DNA from: Candidatus Palauibacter ramosifaciens
GTDB lineage: Bacteria; Gemmatimonadota; Gemmatimonadetes; Palauibacterales; Palauibacteraceae
Length of the DNA: 64,000 nt
Assembly (NCBI GenBank): GCA_009845855.1
Contig: VXYT01000034.1
Span: 64,820-128,819 of the forward strand
Direction of reading: 5' to 3'
The first letter of the stretch is position 1. Every line of letters begins with the position of its first letter. Below are positions 35,242 through 46,011 of the stretch, piece by piece. The position numbers and the translations under genes were made by a program. The notes below the pieces were generated by a model, which was not told where the DNA came from, did no database searches, and was given only the letters and a program-made list of their open reading frames with translations.

Positions 35242-36132
35242 ATGGCGAAGACGGCTACCGGCCGACGCATGTTCTTCGACACGCACGCGCTCGACTCATT
35301 CGACCAGTACCTGCAGGATGTCGAGCGCTATCCGCTCATCGAGAACCCGCAGATCGAGCGGGAGATCGCGCGCAAGGCGCGGGCCGGCGACCGTCACGCG
35401 GCGGAGCGCCTGGTCACCGCGAACCTGCGCTTCGTGATCTCGTATGTGAAGAAGTACCAGGGCCGGGGGCTCAACCTGGCCGAACTCGTCTGCATCGGGA
35501 ACGAAGGCCTGCTCAAGGCCGTCAAGAAGTTCGATCCCGACAAGGGCGTGAAGTTCATCTCCTACGCGGTGTGGTGGATTCGGCAGACGGTGCTGCAGGC
35601 GCTGGCCGAGCAGACCCGCTCCGTGCGCATCCCGCTGAATCAGAACTCCAATCTCGTGAAGCTCTCCCGGACGGAGACGGCGCTCACGCAGAAGCTGGGG
35701 CGCTCGCCGACGGACCGTGAGATCGCCGAGGAGATGGAGGAGCCGGTGGAGACGGTGCGCGCGCTGCGGCGCGTGGCCTCGGCCGAACTCAGTCTCGACG
35801 CGCCGCTCGACAAGTCCGACCGCGACAGCGCGTCCTTCGGGGAGCGCTTCTCGGGCATGGACGACGCGGACATCGAGGAGGATGTCGAGGACCAGGCGCG
35901 CCGGGAGTTCCTCGAGAAGATGTTCGAGCGCTACCTCACCGAGCGCGAGCGGAAGATCCTCGTCCTCTACTACGGCCTCGACGACGGCGAGGAGATGACG
36001 CTGGAGGAGATCGGGTCGCTCCTCGGCGTGACCCGCGAGCGCATCCGACAGATCCGGAACCGGGCCTTCGACAAGCTGCGCGCCTCGCCGGACGGAGAGG
36101 CGCTGGAAGGGTTCTGGCGCGCCACCGCCTGA
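35242..36132 (+). CDS. RNA polymerase sigma70 factor, RpoD/SigA subfamily lacking region 1.1
   Basis: LVTANLRFVISYVKKY, GLLKAVKKFDP.KG.KFISYAVWWIRQ, TLEEIG..LGVTRERIRQI. Confidence 0.92.
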   Translation: MAKTATGRRMFFDTHALDSFDQYLQDVERYPLIENPQIEREIARKARAGDRHAAERLVTANLRFVISYVKKYQGRGLNLAELVCIGNEGLLKAVKKFDPDKGVKFISYAVWWIRQTVLQALAEQTRSVRIPLNQNSNLVKLSRTETALTQKLGRSPTDREIAEEMEEPVETVRALRRVASAELSLDAPLDKSDRDSASFGERFSGMDDADIEEDVEDQARREFLEKMFERYLTERERKILVLYYGLDDGEEMTLEEIGSLLGVTRERIRQIRNRAFDKLRASPDGEALEGFWRATA

Positions 36133-36172
36133 GACCCTCCGGGGGGCCCGCCAGCACGACAGGAGAGGTCCC

Positions 36173-37114
36173 ATGCGACGATCCCCGCCCGTCTCGCCGC
36201 TTTCGCTGGTTCTCCTCTTCTCCCTCGCTCCGACGGCGGCCGCTCAGACGAATCCGCTGTGGACGCAGGAGAAGGTGAAGAACTACCTGCCGCACATGAC
36301 CGTGCCGGAGGTGCGGGACTTTCTCGCGCGCAGCGACATGGTCCTGATCCCGGTCGCGGCGCTGGAACAGCACGGCAACCACCTGCCGATCGGCACCGAC
36401 TACCTGAACGGGGTCGAGCAGGCGAAGCTCGTGGCGCAGCGGGCCGACGTCCTCGTGGCGCCGATCCTGCTGCCGGGGCAGTCCCCCTATCACATGGGGT
36501 TCGAGGGGACGATCACGCTGCCCTCGACGCTGATCCAGGAGGTGTACGTCGAGGCGGTGAAGAGCCTGATCGCGCACGGCTTCAAGCGTTTCCTGATGCT
36601 GAACGCGCACGGAGGGAACCGGGCCATCACGACCTTCATCGTGGACCGCGTCAACCAGGAGACGTCGGGGATCGCGGTCGACCTGGGCGCGGTGGCGGGG
36701 CCGTTCCGGGATCGAGACCGGATGGCCTCCATCCCGACGCCGCCGCCGGACGAACTCGACCGTCACGGCGGGACGCCCGAGACCTCGAGTTCGCTCTACC
36801 TCATGCCGACGCTGGTGGACATCGACGCGGCGGTCCCGGCGGAGGTCACGATGCCGGCCCACCTGGAGGCGATGCTCCCGGACGTGCTGGCCGGCGACCC
36901 GACGGCGCTCGCCGTGTTCCTCGCCGAGGGGCTCAAGGACGAATCGACGGGCAAGGGCACGTCGTCCGCGGAGATGTCCTCCACCGGCGTGTGGGGCACG
37001 CGCCATCCGGCCGAAGCCACGGCGGAACGCGGCCGCATTGCCACCGAGATCTTCGTTGACGCCGCCGTCGCCTTCATCGAACGCTGGAACGAACTCCGCC
37101 CGCCGGGTTCCTGA
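36173..37114 (+). CDS. Creatininase (creatinine amidohydrolase)-family protein with a signal peptide
   Basis: PVAALEQHGNHLPIGTD, NAHGGN, HGG..ETS metal-ligand motifs; N-terminal signal ending AAA-Q. Confidence 0.85.
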   Translation: MRRSPPVSPLSLVLLFSLAPTAAAQTNPLWTQEKVKNYLPHMTVPEVRDFLARSDMVLIPVAALEQHGNHLPIGTDYLNGVEQAKLVAQRADVLVAPILLPGQSPYHMGFEGTITLPSTLIQEVYVEAVKSLIAHGFKRFLMLNAHGGNRAITTFIVDRVNQETSGIAVDLGAVAGPFRDRDRMASIPTPPPDELDRHGGTPETSSSLYLMPTLVDIDAAVPAEVTMPAHLEAMLPDVLAGDPTALAVFLAEGLKDESTGKGTSSAEMSSTGVWGTRHPAEATAERGRIATEIFVDAAVAFIERWNELRPPGS

Positions 37115-37179
37115 CCTTGTGGGGGCAACGTGGCCCCGAACGCAGGGTGGACGCAGGCGCGGATCCGGCGGGCCAGCTG

Positions 37180-37620
37180 CTAGACGCGTCGAGCGAGAGC
37201 GCGGAACTCGGGGAGGGTGAGGAGGAAGATTCCGAGGGTGATGACGGCGCTCCCCACGCACCAGCGGCAGATGGCGTGGATGACCCAGAGTTCGAGGGCC
37301 GTCAGGTAGATGGTGAAGGCGAGTCCCCCCAGGGCGAGCACCGCCAGCACACGCGGGATCCAGCGGGCGGCGCCGATGCCGGCCCGGGTCCCCAGCATCG
37401 AGACGCCGAACACGGCCACGTACCAGCCCACACCCCAGCCGGCCACGGGGAACCCGAGGAAGCGGGCCCAGCGCGACCCCTGTACGAGATCGCAGCCGCC
37501 GCCCGCGCCGCATACGAGTTCGCCGTAGTAGCCGAGCGCGTAAAGGAAGAGGTAGGTGGAGAGGAAGGCGCCGGCCAGCGCCAGGAGCGCGATCCCCCGG
37601 CGCCGGTTCAGTTCGCTCAT
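37180..37620 (-). CDS. Vitamin K epoxide reductase (VKOR) family protein
   Basis: C....GC..V..S.W..FLG.PVA and C.WC (ICRWC). Confidence 0.92.
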   Translation of the reverse strand: MSELNRRRGIALLALAGAFLSTYLFLYALGYYGELVCGAGGGCDLVQGSRWARFLGFPVAGWGVGWYVAVFGVSMLGTRAGIGAARWIPRVLAVLALGGLAFTIYLTALELWVIHAICRWCVGSAVITLGIFLLTLPEFRALARRV

Positions 37621-37624
37621 GGCT

Positions 37625-38380
37625 TTACGGCGTTCCCCCGGAAGAAGCGTCGGCGGACGACAACTCCTCCAACCGGGTCTGGATCATCCCCTCCAGGAAC
37701 GTATACGGGTCCGCGCCCTGCCAGTTCACGCGCTGGCCGTCCACAAAGATCGTGGGGGTGGAGTTCACGCCGCGCGACTCGGCGACCCTCTGGGACTTGG
37801 CAACGTCGTCCAGATAGCGGCGCTCGCGCATGCACTCGTTGAAGGCGTCGGAATCGACGCCCGCGTCCCGGGCGATTTCGGCGATCGCACCGGCGGGATC
37901 CTGTTCCAGGTACCAGCGCGTCTGGCGAGCGAGCAGGAGGTCGTGCACGGGCCAGTACAGGCCCTGTTCGTTCGCGCAGCGCTCCGCCAGCGCCGCGGCG
38001 ACCGAGTTGGGGAAGGTGCCGAGAATGATGGTGTACGAAACCCAGCGCACCGGGCCGTTCGCCGGCTCGACGTAGTTCTGCCGGATGAGTTTCCCGTGGA
38101 AGCCCGAGAACTGCGCGCAGGCGGGACAAGAGGGGTCGTAGAACTCCTCGATCGTGACCGGAGCCGATTCCGCGAGTTCGTAACCGACCGCGGGGTCCGC
38201 TTCCGCCGCGGCAAGCGCTTCGGCCAACTCGGCGGGGGTCGGCGGCGGACCCGATCCGCTCTGTCCGCCCCCCACGAAAAGCCAGTACCCGCCAGCGGCC
38301 ACGATGACGACCACGGCGATCGGGAACCACCGGTTCTTGCGCGCGGGAGCGCTCGTCTGCTGTGCCATCTTCCTTGCCAT
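37625..38380 (-). CDS. DsbA-family thioredoxin-fold oxidoreductase
   Basis: N-terminal TM anchor, EFYDPSCPACAQF (CPAC), GVNSTPT cis-Pro loop; adjacent to VKOR. Confidence 0.88.
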   Translation of the reverse strand: MARKMAQQTSAPARKNRWFPIAVVVIVAAGGYWLFVGGGQSGSGPPPTPAELAEALAAAEADPAVGYELAESAPVTIEEFYDPSCPACAQFSGFHGKLIRQNYVEPANGPVRWVSYTIILGTFPNSVAAALAERCANEQGLYWPVHDLLLARQTRWYLEQDPAGAIAEIARDAGVDSDAFNECMRERRYLDDVAKSQRVAESRGVNSTPTIFVDGQRVNWQGADPYTFLEGMIQTRLEELSSADASSGGTP

Positions 38381-38397
38381 CCGTCTTTTCCCCTGTG

Positions 38398-39813
38398 CTA
38401 AATCAGATCGCGGGCCAGCCAGGCCAGCGCGGCGGCGACGAAGAACGCCACTATCGCGAGAATCGCCCATCGGCTCCGCTTCGACAAGCGTCGGGCGCGA
38501 AGGGCTGCCAGCGCGCGGAGGCCGGGGATCATGCGATCGGACCACAGGGCCCCGATTTCGAGGAGCGCCGCGGCCGCCGCGGAGACGTATCCCCGGTCGA
38601 GCTTCGTGACCTCCTCCGTCCAGGCCCGGATCGCCTCCTCGACGCTCGCTTCCTCCGCTTCCGGCGGGGCGAGATCGCGCGCGTGCAACTGCTGCAGGAG
38701 GAGCTGCTGCCGGGCCAGCGCGGCGTCGAAGGCGGGGCCCAGGGCGTCGATGTGCTTCGACATCGCCTCCCGCAGGGCCGGTTCCTGCGCCGCGGCCAGC
38801 GCTTTCTCGCCCTTGTCCCGGTCGAGACGCCTGGTCCTGACGACCGCCTGCACTTCGGCCCTATACACTCGTACCAGCTCTTCCGCGGCGCCGCGAAACG
38901 CGGCCGTGGCGTCCTGTCGCATCTGCTCCGCATCCATGGCCTGAACGGCGCCGACGACGGAGTCGGCTTCCAGCGCGGCGGAACGCCGCAGCATGAGCGG
39001 GCCCAGCGCGATCTCGCCGAGCGTGCGGAAGTGTCGCTCGAAGTAGCGTTGATCGAAGCTCTCGCCGATCGAGAGGTCGATGCGCACGCGCTCGACCGCC
39101 GCCTCGGTCACGCGTTGCAGCGTGTCCGCGCCCACGGAGAAATCGGGCAGGCGCGCCCGGAGCGGACGCGCGACCTCCCCCTTGTCGAACATCTCGAGGG
39201 CACCGTCGGTGTCCGGAGGCGCCGGGACGGTGCGGGCGACCTTGAGGACGGCGCGGATTTCCTCCGGGAAGAGATAGCGAATCTCGAAGGACGCATCCCC
39301 CTTGGCGAGTTCGAGGACCGGGCGTCCATCCCCATGCGCGTCGGCGACCGTCTCGGCCGCGTGCTCGGTCGGCCAGCGCAGGGTGTACTCGTGTTCTTCG
39401 GCGAAGAGATGCAGCCCTCGCCTCGTAAACACGGCGAGGTAGAGCCCCTCGAGGGGCGCTTCGCCGATCCTCCCCGCGATTTCGGTGCCGGCGGTACACA
39501 CGACGACATCGGCGGCCAGCGGCCTCAGGAGGGACCGGCGGCCGGCCACGTCGCTGCCCCGCTCCACGTTGCGGGCGAAGTCCTCCAGATCTCCGCTGTC
39601 CCCGAAGAAGGCGACGGTGTGCCGCCGGGCGAAGACGAGAATGAGGCCGGCCCGCCTCGAGACCCAGAAGACGGAGGCGAGCGGGATCTGCCGGTCTTCG
39701 AAGTGGATTCCGGCCGGCGTGCAGACGACCGGGACCCGCGGCTGCACCTGCTCGCCCGCGAGGTGGATGTCGAAGCGATACGCCTTCGGGTCGCGTTCCG
39801 GATTCCGGTTCAT
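38398..39813 (-). CDS. Hypothetical protein with a C-terminal membrane anchor
   Basis: 471 aa with backbone codon usage; beta-rich N-half, helical C-half, single hydrophobic helix at the extreme C-terminus. Confidence 0.75.
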   Translation of the reverse strand: MNRNPERDPKAYRFDIHLAGEQVQPRVPVVCTPAGIHFEDRQIPLASVFWVSRRAGLILVFARRHTVAFFGDSGDLEDFARNVERGSDVAGRRSLLRPLAADVVVCTAGTEIAGRIGEAPLEGLYLAVFTRRGLHLFAEEHEYTLRWPTEHAAETVADAHGDGRPVLELAKGDASFEIRYLFPEEIRAVLKVARTVPAPPDTDGALEMFDKGEVARPLRARLPDFSVGADTLQRVTEAAVERVRIDLSIGESFDQRYFERHFRTLGEIALGPLMLRRSAALEADSVVGAVQAMDAEQMRQDATAAFRGAAEELVRVYRAEVQAVVRTRRLDRDKGEKALAAAQEPALREAMSKHIDALGPAFDAALARQQLLLQQLHARDLAPPEAEEASVEEAIRAWTEEVTKLDRGYVSAAAAALLEIGALWSDRMIPGLRALAALRARRLSKRSRWAILAIVAFFVAAALAWLARDLI

Positions 39814-40532
39814 GCGCTCGCGAGGATCGACATCACGCGGCCGGTGTCCCGGAGAGACGGAAGGGCTTCATCGGCGCCGGCGCGCCGGAGGTCGTCCACC
39901 GAGAAGCGTCCGGTGGCCACGCCGAGCACGGACAGGCCGGACCCGCGGGCACACTCGATGTCGTGCGGGGTGTCCCCGATGATCCAGGTGCGGCCGGGGC
40001 CGTAGCGGGTTCCCGTGTGACGAAAGGCGCGCTGGAGCGCGATGGGCGGCAGGCGGTTCCGGTCCGCATCGTCGCACCCGAAGGCGCCGAACGAAAAGCG
40101 GCCCCAGAGCCCGACCGCCGAGAGCTTGCCCTCGGCGCCGGCGACGATGTTGCCCGTCAGGAGCCCGAGCGTCGTCCCTTCCGCTTCGAGCGCATCGAGG
40201 ATTTCGGGGACTCCGGGCGTCGGGCGCATCCGGTCGCGCCGCTCGTCGATTTCGCCCTCCAGCCGGGCCGCGTAGGCGGGCCACAGCCGGTCGAACCCCG
40301 GCGCGATCTCGCCCTCGGACAGGCCTTCGGCGCGGAGGAGCGTGCGCACGATCTGAGGGTCCGTCATGCCGTCGAAAGGGAGGTCGTCGATGGGGCCGGG
40401 CGTCCCGTACACTTCGATCATCGCGCCCTCGATGGCCGCGCGGCCGACCCCCGCCGCATGTAGCAGCGTTCCGTCGATGTCGAACAGTACGAGCCTCCCA
40501 GCCAATCCCGGAGCCCCGTTGGAGACGGTCAA
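39810..40532 (-). CDS. HAD-superfamily hydrolase (phosphoglycolate phosphatase-like)
   Basis: LFDIDGTL, LLTGN, IGDTPHD; TTG start overlaps the upstream stop. Confidence 0.9.
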   Translation of the reverse strand: MTVSNGAPGLAGRLVLFDIDGTLLHAAGVGRAAIEGAMIEVYGTPGPIDDLPFDGMTDPQIVRTLLRAEGLSEGEIAPGFDRLWPAYAARLEGEIDERRDRMRPTPGVPEILDALEAEGTTLGLLTGNIVAGAEGKLSAVGLWGRFSFGAFGCDDADRNRLPPIALQRAFRHTGTRYGPGRTWIIGDTPHDIECARGSGLSVLGVATGRFSVDDLRRAGADEALPSLRDTGRVMSILASA

Positions 40533-41527
40533 CCGCCGATCCAGTCCGCGAGGAGCGCGGGCTCGATGTTGCCGCCGGACAGGATCGCCACGGTCGCGCC
40601 CCGCTCGGCGGGCGCAACGGCGCCACCGAGGAGCGCGGCCACCGTGGCCGCCCCCGACGGCTCCACGACGAGCCGCAGGCCGAAGAGCCAGCGCACGGCG
40701 TCCCGAATCGCCTCGTCGTCGACCGTGATGACGCGATCCACGAGGTCGCGGCAGTGGGCGAAGGTGAGGTCGCCGGGGCGGACCGGCTTGAGGCCGTCGG
40801 CCACCGTGGTCACGCGGTCGAGCGTGACGGGCGCCCCGTGCTCGAGCGAACGCAGCATCGAGGCCGCCCCCTCGGGCTCGACGCCGATGACCTCGGCCTC
40901 CGGACACCGCCGCCGCACCGCGGCCGCGACGCCCGACAGTTGTCCGCCACCGCCGATCGGAGCCAGCACCATCCCGGGCTCCCGGGAGCCGAGCTGCTCG
41001 ATGATCTCGAGCGCCACGGTCCCCTGCCCCGCGATGATGTCGGGGTCGTCGAACGGCGGCACCATCGTGCCGCCGAGTTCCCGCTGAATCTGCTCGGCGC
41101 GCGCCTTGCGCTCGGCCGACGTCGTGCCCTCGAGTTCGACCTCCGCCCCGAGGGCGATCGTCGCCTCGCGCTTCACGTCGGGGGCATCGACCGGCATCAC
41201 GATCCGCGCCGGCACGCCGAACGCGCGGGCGGCCCACGCCACGGCCTGCGCGTGATTGCCCGACGAGTAGGTGAGGAGCCCGGCGGCCCGCTCCTCCGGC
41301 GAGAGCCGGCTCACAAAGTTGTACGCGCCGCGCGCCTTGAAGGCGGAGACGCGCTGGAGGTTCTCGCACTTGAGCCACACGCCGTCCGGGGCGTCGGTCG
41401 CCCCGCGCCCGCCTGCCCGCGGAAACGGGGCGGGGATCAGGGGCGTGCGCCGAACCGCTCCGCGAATCCGCTCGTGCGCGGCCTCGACGTCGGCGAGGGA
41501 AACGAGGGTCGCGGTCGCGCCGGTCAC
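40529..41527 (-). CDS. Threonine/serine dehydratase (no regulatory domain)
   Basis: KCENLQ...FKARGA (PLP Lys), [23 protein letters not shown]. Confidence 0.9.
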   Translation of the reverse strand: MTGATATLVSLADVEAAHERIRGAVRRTPLIPAPFPRAGGRGATDAPDGVWLKCENLQRVSAFKARGAYNFVSRLSPEERAAGLLTYSSGNHAQAVAWAARAFGVPARIVMPVDAPDVKREATIALGAEVELEGTTSAERKARAEQIQRELGGTMVPPFDDPDIIAGQGTVALEIIEQLGSREPGMVLAPIGGGGQLSGVAAAVRRRCPEAEVIGVEPEGAASMLRSLEHGAPVTLDRVTTVADGLKPVRPGDLTFAHCRDLVDRVITVDDEAIRDAVRWLFGLRLVVEPSGAATVAALLGGAVAPAERGATVAILSGGNIEPALLADWIGG

Positions 41528-44040
41528 TCGGCGTCCCCGCCGGCGCCGGCCTCGACGTCGGCGCCGTCAGGGGCGTCGGCTTCCGCGCGATCGTCCTCCG
41601 CGGGATCCGTTCCGATCGGATCGATCAGACTCGCGACGTCCATGAGTTCGTCTCCTTCATCGAGGGAAACGAGCCGCACGCCCTTCGTATTGCGCCCGAT
41701 CACGCGGATTCCCTCGGCCGGTTGCCGGTTGATGACGCCGTTGCGCGTCACGAACATCAGCTCGTCGTCGTCCGTCACCTCCCGCACCGCGGCGACGAGA
41801 CCCGACTTCTCGGTGGGCTTGAGGTTGATGAGGCCCTTGCCGCCGCGCTTCTGGATCCGATAGTCGTCGACGTCGCTCCGCTTCCCCATCCCCAGTTCCG
41901 ACGCGGTGAGGAGGGAGCCGCCGCGCCGGGAGACCACCAGTCCGATCACGGTATCGTCGTTCGAGAGCCGGATGCCGCGCACGCCCTGGGCCACGCGTCC
42001 CATCTCCCGGGCGTCGCTCTCCGCGAAACGGATCGCCATCCCGCGCCGCGTGGCGAGAATCACATCGTTCGAGCCATCGCTCAGCTTGACGTCGATGAGC
42101 CGGTCGTCCTCGCGGATGTTGATGGCCCGCAGCCCGCCGGCGTGCACGTTCCGGTACGCGGCGAGGCTCGTTCGTTTCACGAGTCCGTGCCGGCTCGCGA
42201 AGATGAGGAAGCGGTCATCGGAGAACTCTCGCACGCGCACGATGGAGGCGACCTCATCGCCCTTGTTCATCCGGAGCAGGTTCACGATGGGCTTGCCGCG
42301 GGCCGTTCGGCGCGCCGGAGGGATCTGATACACCTTGAGCCGGTACAGCCGCCCATCCCGCGTGAAGATGAGGAGATAGTCGTGGGTCGAGGCGAGGAAG
42401 AGGTGCTCCACCCAGTCTTCTTCCTTCGTCCCCATGCCCGCGATCCCGCGCCCGCCGCGCCGCTGCGCCCGGTAGACCGCAGGCTCGATGCGCTTGATGT
42501 AGCCGGAGTGCGAGACGGTGATGACCATCCGCTCTTCGGCGATGAGGTCCTCGTCCGTGAGGTCCGAGGTGTCGGGCACGATCTTGGTTCGCCGTTCGTC
42601 GCCGAACTTGTCGACGAGGACCGACAGCTCCTCCCCGACGATCTCCATCCGCCGGTCGCGCGAGGCGAGGATGGCCTCGAGTTCCTGCCGGCGCGCGCGG
42701 ACCTTCTCCAGTTCTTCCTCGAGTTTCTCGATCTCGAGGCCCGTCAGGCGCGCGAGCCGCATGTTCAGGATCGCGTCGGCCTGGCGCTCGCTGAGATCGA
42801 AGGCCGAGCGGAGTTCCGCGCTCGCGACCTCCGTCTCGGAGGAGGCGCGGATGATGCGGATGACTTCGTCGATGTTATCGACCGCGACCTTGAGCCCCTC
42901 GAGGACGTGTTCCCGGTCCTTCGCCACGCCGTACTCGAAGCGCGTCCGCCGCTCCACGACCTCGTGCCGGTGCTCGAGGAAGTGCCCGAGCATCGTCTTG
43001 AGGTCCATCACCTGCGGCTCGCCGCCCACGAGCGCGAGCATGATGACGCCGAAGGTCGATTGAAGCTGCGTGCCCTTGAAGAGCTGGTTCAGAACGATCT
43101 GCGGCACCGCATCGCGTTTCAGTTCGATGACGAGCCGGATCCCGTCGCGGTCCGACTCGTCGCGGAGGTCGGCGATGTCCGTGACCCTCTTGTCGCGCAC
43201 GAGACCCGCGATCTGCTCGATGAGGCGGGTCTTGTTCACCATGAAGGGGATCTCGCGGACGATGATGCGGTCGCGGCCGTCGCGTCCCTCCTCGATGTCC
43301 GCCTTCGCGCGCATCACGACCCGGCCGCGGCCCTGCCGATACGCTTCGCGGATCCCGGCCCCGCCGAAGATCGTGCCCCCGGTGGGGAAGTCGGGGCCCC
43401 GGACGATCTCCATCAACTCGTCGAGCGTCGTGTCGGGCGCCTCGATGAGGCGGTGACAGGCGGCGGCCACTTCGCGGAGGTTGTGCGGCGGGATGTTCGT
43501 GGCCATGCCGACCGCGATGCCGGACGAGCCGTTGACGAGGAGGTTGGGGAGCGCCGAGGGAAGGACGGTCGGCTCCTGCAGCCGATCGTCGAAGTTCGGC
43601 GTGTGGTCGACGGTGTCCTTGTCGATGTCGCCGAGAAGCTCGCTCGCGAAGCCGGCGAGCCGAGCCTCCGTGTACCGGTAGGCCGCGGCGGAGTCGCCGT
43701 CCACCGACCCGAAGTTGCCCTGTCCGTCGACGAGCGGGTAGCGGAGCGAGAACTCCTGCGCCATCCGGACGAGCGAATCGTAGACGGCCGAATCGCCGTG
43801 CGGGTGGTATTTGCCGATCACGTCGCCGACGACGGTGGCGCTCTTTCGGTAGGGCCGGGTCGGGCCAAGGCCGGCCTCGTGCATCGCGTACAGGATCCGC
43901 CGGTGGACCGGCTTCAGCCCGTCGCGCACATCGGGCAGGGCGCGCTGCACGATGACGCTCATCGAGTAGTCGATGAACGATTCGCGCATCTCTTCTTCGA
44001 GCGGTCTCTGCTCGACGCGTTCTATGCTCTCGGTGGTCAT
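41524..44040 (-). CDS. gyrA: DNA gyrase subunit A
   Basis: [23 protein letters not shown] (catalytic Tyr), GyrA-box QRRGGRG, C-terminal pinwheel repeats. Confidence 0.97.
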   Translation of the reverse strand: MTTESIERVEQRPLEEEMRESFIDYSMSVIVQRALPDVRDGLKPVHRRILYAMHEAGLGPTRPYRKSATVVGDVIGKYHPHGDSAVYDSLVRMAQEFSLRYPLVDGQGNFGSVDGDSAAAYRYTEARLAGFASELLGDIDKDTVDHTPNFDDRLQEPTVLPSALPNLLVNGSSGIAVGMATNIPPHNLREVAAACHRLIEAPDTTLDELMEIVRGPDFPTGGTIFGGAGIREAYRQGRGRVVMRAKADIEEGRDGRDRIIVREIPFMVNKTRLIEQIAGLVRDKRVTDIADLRDESDRDGIRLVIELKRDAVPQIVLNQLFKGTQLQSTFGVIMLALVGGEPQVMDLKTMLGHFLEHRHEVVERRTRFEYGVAKDREHVLEGLKVAVDNIDEVIRIIRASSETEVASAELRSAFDLSERQADAILNMRLARLTGLEIEKLEEELEKVRARRQELEAILASRDRRMEIVGEELSVLVDKFGDERRTKIVPDTSDLTDEDLIAEERMVITVSHSGYIKRIEPAVYRAQRRGGRGIAGMGTKEEDWVEHLFLASTHDYLLIFTRDGRLYRLKVYQIPPARRTARGKPIVNLLRMNKGDEVASIVRVREFSDDRFLIFASRHGLVKRTSLAAYRNVHAGGLRAINIREDDRLIDVKLSDGSNDVILATRRGMAIRFAESDAREMGRVAQGVRGIRLSNDDTVIGLVVSRRGGSLLTASELGMGKRSDVDDYRIQKRGGKGLINLKPTEKSGLVAAVREVTDDDELMFVTRNGVINRQPAEGIRVIGRNTKGVRLVSLDEGDELMDVASLIDPIGTDPAEDDRAEADAPDGADVEAGAGGDAE

Positions 44041-44131
44041 GGATTCCCGCTGGAACTGGCGTGTTCGAAGTCCTCAAGGACGCGGCGGCCGCGGGTTTCG
44101 GCAGGAGCCCGGCCGCACTCGGTGAGACCCG

Positions 44132-44764
44132 CTAATCTACAGGGTTTCCGGGCATTCCGCGACTTTTCAGACGCCACTCCACGCCTCGGGGGCCGGCGTT
44201 CACGATCGGGGTGTCTCCGGCCTGGGAGCGGACGCCCCATGAGTCGTGGATATGGCCGCAGACTACGAGGCGGGGGCGGGTCCGTTCGATGGTCTCGAGG
44301 ACGGCGGTGCTGCCCATGTGGCGACCCGAGGCGTCGGCGTCGGCGTGGCCGAGCGGGGGAGAGTGGGACACGAGCACGGCTCCCTCGGGGCACGGCGCGA
44401 GGAGGCCGCGCGCCTCGTCTTCCGTGAAGTCGTAGCTCCAGGAGCCGAACGGGGTCACCGGCACGCCGCCGCCGAGTCCGAAGAAGGGCACACCGTCGAT
44501 GTCGACGCCCTCTCCGTGCAGGACGTGAGCCGCCGGCCAGTTGCGGCACGCCGCGGAGAGTTCCTCGGCGGACTCGCCGTTACCGGGCACCAGGACGGTG
44601 GGGGTCTCGATCGCGGCCAGGACTCCGACGATCCCAGTCAGGCCGCGCCGCTTCACCGCGAAGTCGCCGGCCCCGATGGCCGCGTCGAAGCCGGCGGCCC
44701 GTTCGACGATCGACGCGGCGGCCGCGAGATCGGTGTGAAGATCGCTGAACAGCAGCAGACGCAT
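44132..44764 (-). CDS. Calcineurin-like metallophosphoesterase
   Basis: SDLH, AGD, PGN.E, SHSPP, CGHIH. Confidence 0.9.
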   Translation of the reverse strand: MRLLLFSDLHTDLAAAASIVERAAGFDAAIGAGDFAVKRRGLTGIVGVLAAIETPTVLVPGNGESAEELSAACRNWPAAHVLHGEGVDIDGVPFFGLGGGVPVTPFGSWSYDFTEDEARGLLAPCPEGAVLVSHSPPLGHADADASGRHMGSTAVLETIERTRPRLVVCGHIHDSWGVRSQAGDTPIVNAGPRGVEWRLKSRGMPGNPVD

Positions 44765-44790
44765 GGCGAGTCGCTCCGTAGTTTGGGGAC

Positions 44791-45924
44791 ATGCGTGAAC
44801 CGAAACTGCTCATCTACGGCGCCACGGGATATACCGGGCGGCTCGCGGTGGCCGAGGCGGTGCGATCCGGGCTGCGGCCCGTCGCCGCCGGCCGGGACCC
44901 GGAGAAGCTCGCCGCGCTGGCGTCGCCGGGGGCCGCGGCGCACGGCCTGGAGACCCGGGCCTTCGGGCTGGACGACCCGGCCGCGCTTGCGGGCGCGCTG
45001 GGGGACGTTTCGGTCGTCCTTCATTGCGCGGGACCGTTCTCGCGCACCGCCCTCCCGATGTACGACACCTGCCTCGCGACGGGCGCGCACTACCTCGACA
45101 TCACCGGGGAAATCGACGTGTTCGAGGCGCTGGCGGCGCGCGGGGCGGAGGCCGCGGGGGCGGGCATCATGGTTCTGCCGGGCGTCGGGTTCGATGTCGT
45201 ACCGAGCGACTGCCTCATCGCGGACCTCGCCGCACGGCACCCGGGCGGCCGCACCTTGCGGCTCGGCCTCGCGGCCCGCAGCGGCGCCTCCCGCGGCACC
45301 ATGCGCACGGTCGCACAGGCGATCGGGCAGTTCCGGATCCGGCGCGATGGAGCGATCGCGACCGTGCGACCCGGCCAACTGCGTCACGCGTTCGATTTCG
45401 GCCCGCCGCCGGACGCCGCGCTGGTCGGGGTCCTGGGAGATGTGACGACGGCCTTTCATTCCACGGGAATACCGAACATCGAGACGTACCTGCAGGCGAC
45501 CCGGAGCTTCACGCGCCTCACGCGGATCCTGCGCGGCTTCGGGCCGCTGCTGGCCACGCGAACGGGACAGGCGCTACTGAACCGCCTGCTCGACCGCGGG
45601 CCGGAGGGGCCGAGCGAATCGGCGCGCCGGACGGCGCACGCGATCCTGGTCGCGGAGATCGAAGACGCGGAGGGGAGGCGGGCGGCGGCGCGCGTGCGGA
45701 CGCCGGATCCCTACGGCTTCACCGCCACGGTGGCCGTCGCCATCGCGTCACGCGCGCTCGCCGGCGACGTCAAGGCGGGCTACCAGACGCCGTCCTCCGC
45801 GTACGGCGCGGACCTGCTGCGGGAGTTCGATGGAGTGACGTGGGAAGTGCTCGACGATGAGCGAGGACTTGCCGAGCGGGCGCAACCCGAGGTCGCCGTA
45901 GGGCATCGTTGGAGGTCCCTGTGA
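44791..45924 (+). CDS. Saccharopine dehydrogenase-like NAD(P)-binding oxidoreductase
   Basis: YGATGYTG, HCAGPF, HYLDITGE, GFDVVPSD, SRGT.RT, G.QTPS. Confidence 0.9.
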   Translation: MREPKLLIYGATGYTGRLAVAEAVRSGLRPVAAGRDPEKLAALASPGAAAHGLETRAFGLDDPAALAGALGDVSVVLHCAGPFSRTALPMYDTCLATGAHYLDITGEIDVFEALAARGAEAAGAGIMVLPGVGFDVVPSDCLIADLAARHPGGRTLRLGLAARSGASRGTMRTVAQAIGQFRIRRDGAIATVRPGQLRHAFDFGPPPDAALVGVLGDVTTAFHSTGIPNIETYLQATRSFTRLTRILRGFGPLLATRTGQALLNRLLDRGPEGPSESARRTAHAILVAEIEDAEGRRAAARVRTPDPYGFTATVAVAIASRALAGDVKAGYQTPSSAYGADLLREFDGVTWEVLDDERGLAERAQPEVAVGHRWRSL

Positions 45925-46011
45925 AGCATTAGGCCAACTGAAAATCGGATTTTGAATTGGCTTAAGCGGATGCAGGGACACCGAAGCTCCCATGATCGCT
46001 GCTACTAGCAG

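Noticed and set aside
45933-45961. dif (XerCD) site
   Set aside because: The length is similar, but the XerD arm TTATGTTAAAT is absent.
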